A DNA stretch of 64,000 nucleotides, from positions 128,001 to 192,000 of the forward strand of contig CAWKNZ010000001.1 in NCBI GenBank assembly GCA_963851265.1, given 5' to 3'. The translations under genes and the position numbers were made by a program. This DNA comes from an uncultured Gemmatimonadales bacterium (GTDB taxonomy: Bacteria; Gemmatimonadota; Gemmatimonadetes; Gemmatimonadales; Gemmatimonadaceae). The notes under the pieces were generated by a model. The model ran no database searches. It was not told the origin of the DNA and was given only the letters and a program-made list of their open reading frames with translations. This document shows, piece by piece, positions 30,901-45,410 of the stretch. How positions within the stretch are numbered: position 1 is the first letter of the stretch; each line of letters opens with the position of its first letter.

Positions 30901-32195
30901 TTCTGCCCCGTCACGATCTTCAGGTGGTCGATGGTGGCGTCTACCGGCCCCGCGAACAGCCGCTCGGCCCCGGGGCCGTATCGGCGGTAGGGCGGCGGGT
31001 CGGCGTGGATGCGGACGCTGTACGCGCCGCTGTGCGCGACGCGGAAGTTCATCCCGTAGTGGTGGATCCAGGAATGCCACATGAACGGCGGTTCGTAGGT
31101 GCCCACGGTGCGCCCCGCGGCGTCGAGCACCGTGCCGCGCACGTGCAACCCCGGCATGAAGCGGCCGGTGAGCGAGTCGCGCACGCCGATCTCGAGGTGC
31201 GCGTTGCGCGCGGCGCTCTCGTCCGCCTCGATCGTGTAGCGCAGGTTGACCCCCTCGCGGTTGGTCCCGTGGGGCACCCAGTACCCTTCCGACCGCTCGA
31301 ACGCGATGTACGGCAGGTACTCGCCCGCGCGTACCGAGCCGCCGCTCACGGCCACGTTGTTGGCCATCTCGTTGAGCGACCGGGCGAGCGCCGCCCCCTC
31401 GTTGGCCGCGAGCGTAAGGCGCGCCGTGTCCGAGGCCGGCGACGCGGCCGCCTGCGCCGCGCGCGCGAGCGCCGCCGGCCGCACGGTCACGTTCGTGAAC
31501 TCGGCGGTCACGCTGTCCGCGAAGCGGTCGCCGTTGCTGGGGTCGTGCCGCCAGTAGGTCGGCGGGGCGATCTCGACGCGCACCGTGACGGCGCCCGGGT
31601 CGCCGCCGCCCGCACTGCCCGCGCCGAGCCCCGGCCAGCGCAGGTTGTCGCCGTAGCGGTTGAGGAGCGGGTACCAGCCGAACGCGAGCGCGCGCGCGTC
31701 GAGCGTGCGGCCGCTCGCGTCGAGGAGCGTCGCGCGCACGGCGAGGCCCGGGACCACGCGGCCGTCGGCGGCGTCGCGCACGACGACGCCGAGGTGGACC
31801 TCGCCCGGCGCGGGGTCGTGCCGCACGAGGCGGCCGCCGGCGTCGGGCTCGGCGTACGGGAGCGCCGGGGTGACGGTGTAGGCGACGCGGTACTCGCCCG
31901 CCGCCATCTCGGCGCTCGCCACGGCCTCGTGCGCGCGCACCCACTCGAGTTCCTGGCGCACGGCGTTGCCCTGGTCGCGCGCGCGCTCCAGCTCCTCGGC
32001 CGTGGCCTCGTCGCTCTGCTCGAACGGCGGCAACTGGGGCGCGGTCCCGCGGCCCGCCTCGGTCATCCGCATGCCGCGCGGTGCGTTGGGGTTGATCGTC
32101 AGGCAGCCGGCGGCCGCGAGGGCGGTCGTGGCGAGCGCGAGGCGCACCGGGGCGCGGGGCCCGCGCGCGCGGGGGCGGGGTCGTGGCGACGTCAT
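30897..32195 (-). CDS. Lipoprotein with two tandem P19/Tp34-like (Fe/Cu periplasmic binding) domains
   Basis: Lipobox AAGC; repeated AGEY...HL(G/E)..VRD...GR..PGL.VR.T.LD..GRT...YG.N. Confidence 0.75.
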   Translation of the reverse strand: MTSPRPRPRARGPRAPVRLALATTALAAAGCLTINPNAPRGMRMTEAGRGTAPQLPPFEQSDEATAEELERARDQGNAVRQELEWVRAHEAVASAEMAAGEYRVAYTVTPALPYAEPDAGGRLVRHDPAPGEVHLGVVVRDAADGRVVPGLAVRATLLDASGRTLDARALAFGWYPLLNRYGDNLRWPGLGAGSAGGGDPGAVTVRVEIAPPTYWRHDPSNGDRFADSVTAEFTNVTVRPAALARAAQAAASPASDTARLTLAANEGAALARSLNEMANNVAVSGGSVRAGEYLPYIAFERSEGYWVPHGTNREGVNLRYTIEADESAARNAHLEIGVRDSLTGRFMPGLHVRGTVLDAAGRTVGTYEPPFMWHSWIHHYGMNFRVAHSGAYSVRIHADPPPYRRYGPGAERLFAGPVDATIDHLKIVTGQK

Positions 32196-32638
32196 CTTGG
32201 CGAAAGGGTGTGGAGGACCGGCGTCGCGCCCGGCCGTGCGCGGACGGGCGGCCGCGGACGGTGGGCACACGGATTCCCCAACGCATCCGGTGCGCCGGCG
32301 CGGTCCCGATCGGGGGGTTGACCGGGCCCGCGCCGGCCGGTCGCGGCCCCGCCTGCTGCCCCGCCCGCCACCCCGTCCGCGGCGGCTCCGCGGGCCACTC
32401 CGCGTCCCGGTCGCGCGACGCGGCGCGCGGCGCGGCGGAGCGCGGCGCGACGGGACGCCGCGAGTGCCTAACGGTGCGCGATCGCGGTCGCCGGACGACG
32501 TCCGGTGCCTAACGATCGGTGCCTGCGCGCGCGCGCCGTAGCCCTCGCGCTACGGCGCGCGCGCGCGGAACGGGTGTTGCACCCTGGGGCGTCCCACGGT
32601 TCGACCGTCTATATCCACTCCGCTTGGAGGGTACGCCG

Positions 32639-32899
32639 ATGCGCACGCCCCGTTTCGCCCGTCACGCCGCCGCGATCGCCGGCCTCGCACTCCCCGCGCT
32701 TCTCGTCGCCTCGTCCTCGGGCGCGCAGGAGCCGCACCACAGCAAGACCAAGGGCGCCGTCGTTGGCGGCGCGACCGGCGCGGTCGTCGGCGGTCCCGTG
32801 GGCGCGGTCGCCGGCGCGGCTGTCGGCGCCGAGGTCCAGCACCACCGCAACGTGAAGGCCCGCCGCCGCGCCGCGCGCGCGGCTCGCGCGGGGCACTAG
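32639..32899 (+). CDS. Small secreted glycine-zipper protein
   Basis: GGAGG RBS, signal peptide, KGAVVGGATGAVVGGPVGAVAGAAVG. Confidence 0.8.
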   Translation: MRTPRFARHAAAIAGLALPALLVASSSGAQEPHHSKTKGAVVGGATGAVVGGPVGAVAGAAVGAEVQHHRNVKARRRAARAARAGH

Positions 32900-33074
32900 G
32901 CCCCGCGGGGCGGGCCGGCACAATCGGCGGCGGGTGCGCGATCGCGCACCCGCCGCTGATTGTGTCAGCCCCGCCGAGAGGTACATACTCCCTCCGCGCG
33001 CCGCACGGCCACGTGGAACGGCGCGGGTGACGTACGCGGGGGAGCATCGGGTGGGCACACGGGTCGGATCGAGC

Positions 33075-34457
33075 ATGGGGCCGCGCGGTCGCGCGGCGTG
33101 GCAAAGGGTTCTCGTGGGCGCGGCGGCTCTCGGGGCGGCCGGTACAGCGGCCGCCTGTGCCACCGCGCGGCCGGCCGCCAAGCCGCCGGCCGCGTCGGTC
33201 GCGTCGCCGGTGCCGGTGGTCGTAGTGCCGCCGGCGCCCGACACGTCACTGCTCGTCGCCGCACGCGCGGCGGCCGCCGCGCGTCGCGACACCGCACCCG
33301 CTCCCCCGCCGCAACCGCCGGCGCTCGACTCGGCGCCGCCCCCGCTCGACCCCACCGACGGCAGCGGCCGTGTGCGTTGGGTGGGGCGCGAGGCCGACCG
33401 CACGATCGCTCCGGCCGACCGCGCGCTGCTGCGCAGCGTGTTCGGCATCGACGACGTGCGGCGCATCTACGTGCCCACCACGCCAGGCGAGGTGCTGCGC
33501 TACGCGGCGCACGCCCCCGGCTGCCCCGACGTCGGCCCGAACGGCGGGCGCCCCACCACCCGCGGCGGCGCGTGCCGCGTGGTCGGCGTGCGCATCGGAC
33601 TCGCCGCGCCGCGTGACAGCACCGAGACCTGGGACGCGTTCACGGCGCGCGTGGAGCGAGGCGGCCCGCGCGTTTGGTCTGCCAACGGAGGGCGCGCCGC
33701 GTACTCCGGGCTCGACGCGCTCGACCCCGAGGCGCGCCCCGCCTTCCAGCGTCTGATCGACGACGCCCGCGCCGCAGGGTTTCCGATCCACGTGCGCGAG
33801 ACGTACCGCACGCCCGAACGCCAGGCGGCGATCCTCGCCCGCAACGACGGCCGCACCACGACGCTCACGTCGGCGCACTCGTTCGGGCGCGCGGTCGACA
33901 TCGCGGTGAGCGGCCGACACAGCACCTGGGTCGAGTTCCGGCGCTGGGTGCTGCGGCAGCAGAACGGCGCGTTCCGCCTGATCGGCACTCCCGAGAGCAC
34001 GTGGGACTGGCCGCACGTCGAGTACGTCGGCCCGGCCGGGGGCCCGCCGCTCGGCTACGCGTCGGTCGACGCACTCGTCGCCGCGGCGCGCGTGTGCCGC
34101 GCCGGGGCAGCGAGCGACGTGGAGGCGGCCCGGCGCTGCACGCAGGAGTCGCCGCGCCCGGCGGAGAGCGTGCTCGCCACCACCGTCTCGGACGACGAAC
34201 CGGTCGGGCGCGCGCGGCGCGGACACCGGCACGGGCGGCATGCGTCGGCCCGCAGCGTGCGCGGAAGGAGCGCGCGCGGCAGCCGGTCGCACGGCGCGCG
34301 TCAATCGACGACGCACCACGGGTCGAAGGGCGACGAGTCGTCGGCGCACTCGTCGTCCGCGCATTCGTCGTCGAAGCACGCGTCGTCCAAGCACGGGGCG
34401 TCCAAGCACGGGGCGTCCGGGGGCGGCTCGTCACGCGCCAAACACCGCTCCCGCTGA
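33075..34457 (+). CDS. M15-family zinc peptidase lipoprotein with His/Ser/Arg-rich tail
   Basis: Lipobox AAAC; ETYRTPERQ, SAHSFGRAVD (SxHxxGxAxD), DWPHVE. Confidence 0.8.
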   Translation: MGPRGRAAWQRVLVGAAALGAAGTAAACATARPAAKPPAASVASPVPVVVVPPAPDTSLLVAARAAAAARRDTAPAPPPQPPALDSAPPPLDPTDGSGRVRWVGREADRTIAPADRALLRSVFGIDDVRRIYVPTTPGEVLRYAAHAPGCPDVGPNGGRPTTRGGACRVVGVRIGLAAPRDSTETWDAFTARVERGGPRVWSANGGRAAYSGLDALDPEARPAFQRLIDDARAAGFPIHVRETYRTPERQAAILARNDGRTTTLTSAHSFGRAVDIAVSGRHSTWVEFRRWVLRQQNGAFRLIGTPESTWDWPHVEYVGPAGGPPLGYASVDALVAAARVCRAGAASDVEAARRCTQESPRPAESVLATTVSDDEPVGRARRGHRHGRHASARSVRGRSARGSRSHGARQSTTHHGSKGDESSAHSSSAHSSSKHASSKHGASKHGASGGGSSRAKHRSR

Positions 34458-34487
34458 CCCGCGGACGGGGCGGCTAAGTTCGTGGCC

Positions 34488-35357
34488 ATGTCGCCCTGGA
34501 TCCTCGGCGCCCGCCCGCGCACCCTCCCCGCCGCCGTCGTGCCCGTGGTCGTGGGCACCGCGTGCGCCGCGCCGCACGTGATCTGGTGGCGCGCCCTCGC
34601 CGCCCTCGTCGTCGCCCTGGCCCTGCAGGTGGGCGTCAACTACGCCAACGACTACAGCGACGGCGTGCGCGGCACCGACGCCGAACGCGTGGGCCCGGTG
34701 CGCCTCGTCGCATCGGGGCTCAAGCCGGCCGGCGCCGTGCGGCGCGCCGCGTTCCTCGCCTTCGCGGTCGCCGCGATCGCCGGCGCGGCCCTCGCCGCGG
34801 CCGCCGACCCGCGACTCGTGCTCGTCGGCCTCGGCTGCATCTTCGCGGCGTGGTTCTACACCGGCGGCGCGCGCCCTTACGGCTACCGCGGCTTCGGCGA
34901 GCTGAGCGTGTTCGTCTTCTTCGGCCTCGTCGCGACCATCGGCACGGCGTACGTGCAGGCGCCCGGCTGGAACGCCGCCACGCAGCTCGCCGCGCGCGCG
35001 GCCGGCCCGCTCGGACTCCTCGCCTGCGCGATGCTCGTCGTCAACAACCTGCGCGATCTGCCCGGCGACCGCGCCGTGGGCAAGCACACCCTCGCCGTCC
35101 GTCTCGGCGACGGCCGCACGCGTGGACTGTACGCGGCGTGCGTGCTGCTCCCGTTCTTCGGACTGGGCTCGTTCTCGCTCGCGCGGCCGACGGCGCTCGC
35201 CGCGCTCTTCGCCCTGCCGCTGGCGGTGCGCGCGGTGGGGCGCGTGCGCGCCGGCGCCCGCGGGCCGGCCCTCATTCCCGTGCTCGGCGAAACGGGGCGG
35301 CTACAACTGGCCTACGGCGCCCTGCTGGTGATAGGTCTGGTGCTCGGGGCACGGTAG
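34488..35357 (+). CDS. menA: 1,4-dihydroxy-2-naphthoate polyprenyltransferase
   Basis: ARPRTLPAA, NYANDYSDGVRGTD, YTGG..PYGY.GFGE, NNLRDLPGD...GKHTLAVRLG. Confidence 0.95.
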   Translation: MSPWILGARPRTLPAAVVPVVVGTACAAPHVIWWRALAALVVALALQVGVNYANDYSDGVRGTDAERVGPVRLVASGLKPAGAVRRAAFLAFAVAAIAGAALAAAADPRLVLVGLGCIFAAWFYTGGARPYGYRGFGELSVFVFFGLVATIGTAYVQAPGWNAATQLAARAAGPLGLLACAMLVVNNLRDLPGDRAVGKHTLAVRLGDGRTRGLYAACVLLPFFGLGSFSLARPTALAALFALPLAVRAVGRVRAGARGPALIPVLGETGRLQLAYGALLVIGLVLGAR

Positions 35358-35409
35358 CGTTCGGCACGCGCGCGTCCCGGCCTGCGCGCTCCTCGCCAGC
35401 CCCGCGATC

Positions 35410-36765
35410 ATGACCGCCCTCCTCGCCCGACTCGGCCTTCGCACCCCCGCCCTGCGCGCGTGGGCGCTGTACGACGTCGGGATGGCCGCCGTGTTCACGA
35501 TCCTCATCACGGCCGTCTTCCCGATCTACTTCGCGAAGGCCGCCGCCGCGACGCTTCCCCCCAACGTCGCCAGCGCGCGCTTCTCGCTCGGCAGCGCGGT
35601 CGCCCTCCTCCTCGCGGTCGTCGTCTCTCCGCTCCTCGGCGCCATCGCCGACGCCCGCCCCCTCAAGAAGCGCGTTCTCGTCCTCTCGGTCGGCGTCGGC
35701 GCGCTCGCCACCGCGGCCCTCGGCCTCGCCGGACGCGGCGACTGGGCCTTTGCCCTGTTCGCGTTCGGCGTGCTCAACGTCGCGGTCAACGGCAGTCAGG
35801 TGGTCTACGACGCCATCCTGCCGCACATCGCGCGGCGCGACGAACTGGATCGCGCCTCCACGGCCGCGTACGGCGTGCACTACCTGGGCGGTGGGCTCAT
35901 CCTGCTCGTCGCGCTGTTCGTCATTCAGAATCCGGCCGCCGTGGGACTCGGCGCCGTGGCGGCGCGCGACGGCACCGTCCCCACGCGCCTCGTCTTCGTC
36001 GGCGTGGCCGTGTGGTGGGCGCTGTTCACGATCCCGCTCGTCCGCCGCGTCCCCGAGCCGCCCGCCGCCCCGCGCCCGCCCGGCACGCCCGAGCCGTCGC
36101 TCGGCCAGGCTGCCGCGGGCGCGTTCGCGTCCCTCGCCCGCACGGTGCGCACCCTGCGCGCGCTCCCCAACACGGGGCGCTTCCTGCTCGGCTTCATCTT
36201 CTACAACGACGGCGTCAACACGATCATCCGCCTCGCCACGGTCTACGGCGCGGAGCTGAAGCTGCGGGACTCCGCGCTCATCACCGCGATCGTGATGGTG
36301 CAGTTCGTCGGCATCCCGTTCGCCTTCGCCTTCGGCGCGCTCGCCGATCGGGTGGGCGCCAAGCGCGCGGTGCTCGGCGCGATCGGCGTGTACGTGGTGA
36401 TCTCGGGGATCGCCTACGGCATGAAGACCGAGCGCGACTTCTTCCTGCTCGCCGCGCTCGTCGCGACCGTGCAGGGCGGTGCGCAGGCGCTGTCCCGCTC
36501 GCTCTACGCGAGTCTCACTCCCGCGTCGCGCTCGGGTGAGTTCTTCGCCCTCTTCTCGGTGTTCAGCCGCTTCGGTGGGCTCATCGGTCAGGTGGCGTTC
36601 TTCGTCATCACGACGCTCACCGGGTCCAGCCGGCTCGGGATTCTTTCGGTGGTCGCGCTGTTCGTCGCGGGTGGAGCGCTGCTCGCGCGGGTGAAGCTCG
36701 ACCAGGGACGGGCAGACGCGCGTGCGCTCGACGCGTCGCTGGCCGGGGTCGCGGCGGCCGCGTGA
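35410..36765 (+). CDS. MFS transporter, UMF1/ATG22-like
   Basis: WALYD, PLLGAIAD, YNDGVNT, GGAQALSRSLYA, GEFF. Confidence 0.9.
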   Translation: MTALLARLGLRTPALRAWALYDVGMAAVFTILITAVFPIYFAKAAAATLPPNVASARFSLGSAVALLLAVVVSPLLGAIADARPLKKRVLVLSVGVGALATAALGLAGRGDWAFALFAFGVLNVAVNGSQVVYDAILPHIARRDELDRASTAAYGVHYLGGGLILLVALFVIQNPAAVGLGAVAARDGTVPTRLVFVGVAVWWALFTIPLVRRVPEPPAAPRPPGTPEPSLGQAAAGAFASLARTVRTLRALPNTGRFLLGFIFYNDGVNTIIRLATVYGAELKLRDSALITAIVMVQFVGIPFAFAFGALADRVGAKRAVLGAIGVYVVISGIAYGMKTERDFFLLAALVATVQGGAQALSRSLYASLTPASRSGEFFALFSVFSRFGGLIGQVAFFVITTLTGSSRLGILSVVALFVAGGALLARVKLDQGRADARALDASLAGVAAAA

Positions 36766-36795
36766 GCGACGCGGACGGCGAGTACCTTGGTAGGC

Positions 36796-37425
36796 GTGCC
36801 CGCGACGCTGCGCCACGAGATCGCCCGCAAGTCCATCCACCTCGCCTCCGCGGCCATTCCGGTCGCGTACGCGGCCGGGCTGCCGCGCGCCGTGCTCGTG
36901 CCGGCGCTCGCCGCCGCGGGGGTGACGGCGGCGACGATCGAGGTCGCCCGCGTGCGCTCGCCGCGCGTGCGGGTCGCGTTCGAGCGGCTGGTCGGGCCGC
37001 TGCTCAGGCCGCACGAGCGTGGGCGGTGGTCGGGCGCGACGTGGATGTGCGCGGCCTATCTCCTCGCCGCACTCGTCTTTCCCCGCGCCGTGGCGGTGGC
37101 GGCGATGCTCGCGGTGGCACTCGGCGATGCGGCGGCCGCCGTCGTCGGGCGCGTGGCGAGCGCGGGCGCGCGGGCGCGGCGCGCGGAAGGACCGGACGCG
37201 CGCGCGGCGGGGCGCAAGACGTGGGCGGGGAGCCTGTCGTGCTTCGCCGCGACCGCCGTCGGCGCGCTCGTCGTCGCGCGCCTGGACGCGCCGGCCGCGC
37301 TCGCGTGCGGGGCGGCGGCGATGCTCGCCGAGCGGCCGCGCTGGGCGGTCGACGACAACGTGCGCATCGTGGTGGCCGCCGGCGCCGTGGCGTGGGGGGT
37401 CGCGTGGGCGGTGCACCGCGTGTGA
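36796..37425 (+). CDS. CTP-dependent polyprenol/diacylglycerol kinase-like membrane protein (dolichol/phytol kinase family)
   Basis: RKSIH, GDAAAAVVG, KTWAGS, DDN motifs. Confidence 0.8.
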   Translation: MPATLRHEIARKSIHLASAAIPVAYAAGLPRAVLVPALAAAGVTAATIEVARVRSPRVRVAFERLVGPLLRPHERGRWSGATWMCAAYLLAALVFPRAVAVAAMLAVALGDAAAAVVGRVASAGARARRAEGPDARAAGRKTWAGSLSCFAATAVGALVVARLDAPAALACGAAAMLAERPRWAVDDNVRIVVAAGAVAWGVAWAVHRV

Positions 37426-37442
37426 CGGCCGACGACGCGTTC

Positions 37443-37471
37443 TTGACAGCTTCGCCGGTCGATCCTATATA
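37443..37471 (+). promoter_or_regulatory. Sigma70-type promoter of the cold-shock gene
   Basis: TTGACA (37443-48), 17-bp spacer, TATATA (37466-71); implies a 5' UTR of about 100 nt. Confidence 0.75.
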
Positions 37472-37581
37472 GGCGCCGCGCCGGCCGTCTGGTGGGCGTC
37501 GCCGGTCGCGCGTGGGCGCGTGCGGCGTGAGAGCACCCGCATCACCGGTGCGCACCGAGCGCACCGCAGGAGACAGCGCGC

Positions 37582-37782
37582 ATGGCCAGGGGCAAGGTCA
37601 AGTGGTTCAATGACGCCAAGGGGTACGGCTTCATCGAACAGGACGGCGGCGAAGACGTGTTCGTCCACTTCTCGTCGATCACCATGGACGGCTTCAAGAC
37701 CCTCGCCGAGGGACAGGCCGTCGAGTTCGAGATCAAGAACGGCGACAAGGGGCTGCACGCCGCCAACGTCCAGCGGGTCTGA
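37582..37782 (+). CDS. csp: Cold-shock protein
   Basis: [30 protein letters not shown]. Confidence 0.98.
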   Translation: MARGKVKWFNDAKGYGFIEQDGGEDVFVHFSSITMDGFKTLAEGQAVEFEIKNGDKGLHAANVQRV

Positions 37783-37812
37783 CCTGGCGGCTCTGCCGCG
37801 CGCTGAGCACCG

Positions 37813-37854
37813 ACGACACCGCCCGCCCGGGACACCCCGGGCGGGCGGTGTCGT
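37813..37854 (+). terminator. Perfect 19-bp hairpin after csp
   Basis: acgacaccgcccgcccggg-acac-cccgggcgggcggtgtcgt. Confidence 0.75.
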
Positions 37855-37884
37855 ATCGGGGCGCCGCGCGCGTATCATCCCGGC

Positions 37885-40959
<3,075 letters not shown>

Positions 40960-41073
40960 CCGGTCGGGCGACCCGCCCCGTGATCCGCCCGGTGACGGGT
41001 TCGATGACGGGGCGTGACGCGGGCGGTGGACCGGGCGTCACGCGCAGAGCCGCTTCCACCGAGGTCCGTCCCC

Positions 41074-41481
41074 GTGTCCACCACCCGTCCACACCGCACG
41101 CCGCGCCGCCGTACGGGCTTCACGCTCGTCGAAATGCTCATCGTGGTGGTGATCATCGGGATCCTCGCCGCGGTCGTGATCCCGAAGTTCTCCAACACGA
41201 CGGCGAAGGCCGACCTGGCGAACGTGAAGTCGGACCTGCACAGCATCGTGCTGACCGAGGAGGGCTACTACAACGAGCACGCGGTCTACACGGCGAGCCT
41301 CGCGCTGCTGGGGGTGCAGTCGTCGCAGGGCGTGATCACGACGGTCGTGGAGGCCGGGCCGCAGGGGTACTCCGCGATGGCCGTGCACCCGGCCGCGGTG
41401 CCGGTGACGTGCGCGGTGTTCTACGGCGCGGCCACGCCGCTCGCGCCCGCGGTCACCGAGGGCGTCATCACCTGCAAGTAG
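41074..41481 (+). CDS. Type IV pilin / prepilin-type protein
   Basis: G|FTLVEMLIVVVIIGILAAVVIPKF; C-terminal Cys pair. Confidence 0.93.
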   Translation: MSTTRPHRTPRRRTGFTLVEMLIVVVIIGILAAVVIPKFSNTTAKADLANVKSDLHSIVLTEEGYYNEHAVYTASLALLGVQSSQGVITTVVEAGPQGYSAMAVHPAAVPVTCAVFYGAATPLAPAVTEGVITCK

Positions 41482-41503
41482 GGCGCGGGTAGGGCGGACG
41501 CGC

Positions 41504-41791
41504 GTGTCGGGACGTCCGCCCCTCCGCGAGTCGTACCGCGAGTTCGCCCTGCGCCGCGACGGCATGTTGCACGCGATGGACGGCGGACTCTGGCTGCACC
41601 GCCACGTGTGGCGCGGCACGCCGATGGCGCACCTGGTCTCGACGGACCGCGAGGCGCTGCTCGCCTACGGGCGCGCGGCCGGGCTCGACGCGCGGCGGCT
41701 GCAGTTCAAGCCCTTGAAGGACCCGCGCACGGGCGAGCGGCGGAACGCGTGGCACTGGGACCTCGTGGGGCGGTCGCTGCCGCCGCGTTAG
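41504..41791 (+). CDS. DUF4031-like small protein
   Basis: WRG..MAHLVS...LLAY...GL....LQ...HWDL. Confidence 0.7.
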   Translation: MSGRPPLRESYREFALRRDGMLHAMDGGLWLHRHVWRGTPMAHLVSTDREALLAYGRAAGLDARRLQFKPLKDPRTGERRNAWHWDLVGRSLPPR

Positions 41792-41831
41792 GCACGGGGC
41801 CGCCGGCCGCGCGGTGCGCGGCCGCGCGCCG

Positions 41832-43127
41832 TCAGTCGAGCGCCCGCCCGCGCGTCTCGGGCGCGCGCGCGAGGGCGACGAGCGCGGGCACGGCCATGAG
41901 CGCGGCGTAGGCCGACACCGGCGCGGTCGAGCCGTAGCGCGCGAGGAGCGCGACGCCGACGATCGGCGCGACCGCGCCCGACGCCACCGAGGCGAGCTGA
42001 TAGCCTAACGAGAAGCCCGTGTAGCGCGCGGCGGTCGGGAACAGCTCGACGAAGAACGCCGACATGCCGCCGACGATCACCCCGTGGGCGATTCCGCCGC
42101 CGACGGCGACGAGCGTGAGGCCGAGCGCGCCGGCCGGGGCGCCCAACCGGAAGAGGGCGAAGGACCACGCGGCCGCGGCGAGGAGGCCGGCGGCCGTGAC
42201 CGGGCGCCGCCCGACACGGTCCGACCACCGCCCGGCGAGCACGATCACGCCCACCTCGACGGCCGAGGCGACGACCGTGGCGGTGAGCGCGACGCCGCGC
42301 GGGCGGTGCAGCACCCGCGTCACCCAGACGACGAAGAAGGTCGTGAAGACGTAGAAGAGCGCGTTCTCGCCGGCCTTCACGCAGAACACGGTGAGCAGGG
42401 CGCGCCAGTGCGCGGCGACGGTGGCCGCGAGCGGCGCGCGCGCGTCGGGCGCGCGCGCGGCCCGGCGCGCCTGGTACGCCTCGAACAGCGGCGACTCCTC
42501 GATGCGCGCGCGCATCCAGAGCCCGACGGCGACGAGCACGCCCGAGAGCAGGAACGCGACGCGCCAGCCCCACGCGCCGAACTGCGCCTCGGTGAGGGCG
42601 CCCGAGAGCAGGGCGAGCACGCCCGCCGCGGCGACGTTGCCCGCGGGCCCGCCGGTCTGCGGCCACGCGGTCCACTCGCCGCGGCGTGGCGCGTCCAGCG
42701 ACTCGGCCACGAGCAGCACCGCCCCGCCGACCTCGCCGCCGACCGCGACGCCCTGCACGAGCCGGAGCAGGACGAGCAGCGCGGGGGCGACGGGGCCCGC
42801 CTGGGCGTAGGTGGGCAGGAGCCCGACGCCGACGGTGGCCGCGCCCATCAGCAGGAGGCTCGCGACGAGGGCGCGCTTGCGCCCGCGGCGGTCGCCGAGC
42901 GCGCCGAAGAGCGCGCCGCCTAACGGTCGGGTGGCGAAGCCGACCGCGTAGGTCATCAGGGCGAGCAGCGTGCCGGTGAGCGGGTCGGTGCGGGGGAAGA
43001 AGGCGCGGTCGAAGACCAGCGCGGCGGCGGAGGCGAAGACGAAGAAGTCGTACCACTCGACGACGCTGCCGACGGCGCTGGCAACCAGCACCCGTCGCGT
43101 GTCGCCCGCCGGTGCCGTCGCGAGCAT
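41832..43127 (-). CDS. MFS metabolite:H+ symporter (MHS, ShiA-like)
   Basis: VEWYDF, RPLGG..FG..GDRRGRK, QGVAVGGEVGGA, WGWRVAF, ELFP...RY. Confidence 0.93.
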   Translation of the reverse strand: MLATAPAGDTRRVLVASAVGSVVEWYDFFVFASAAALVFDRAFFPRTDPLTGTLLALMTYAVGFATRPLGGALFGALGDRRGRKRALVASLLLMGAATVGVGLLPTYAQAGPVAPALLVLLRLVQGVAVGGEVGGAVLLVAESLDAPRRGEWTAWPQTGGPAGNVAAAGVLALLSGALTEAQFGAWGWRVAFLLSGVLVAVGLWMRARIEESPLFEAYQARRAARAPDARAPLAATVAAHWRALLTVFCVKAGENALFYVFTTFFVVWVTRVLHRPRGVALTATVVASAVEVGVIVLAGRWSDRVGRRPVTAAGLLAAAAWSFALFRLGAPAGALGLTLVAVGGGIAHGVIVGGMSAFFVELFPTAARYTGFSLGYQLASVASGAVAPIVGVALLARYGSTAPVSAYAALMAVPALVALARAPETRGRALD

Positions 43128-43190
43128 GTCGAGGGAGCTGCCGCGGCCCGCGGGTGGCGCACCCGGGGAGGGAGGCACGGACGACGACGA

Positions 43191-45299
<2,109 letters not shown>

Positions 45300-45410
45300 G
45301 ACGGGAACGTGGTGCGCGCGCGGGCGCGGTGCAACTGCAGCATGCGCCGCTCGCCGCGCACCGGCCGGCCCTCTATCGGCGTGGACGGGGGCGGTCGATA
45401 TTGGCGCGCC

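Noticed and set aside
41074..41791. Pilin plus DUF4031-like gene as a prophage or conjugative remnant
   Set aside because: No integrase, att repeats or other phage/conjugation genes nearby
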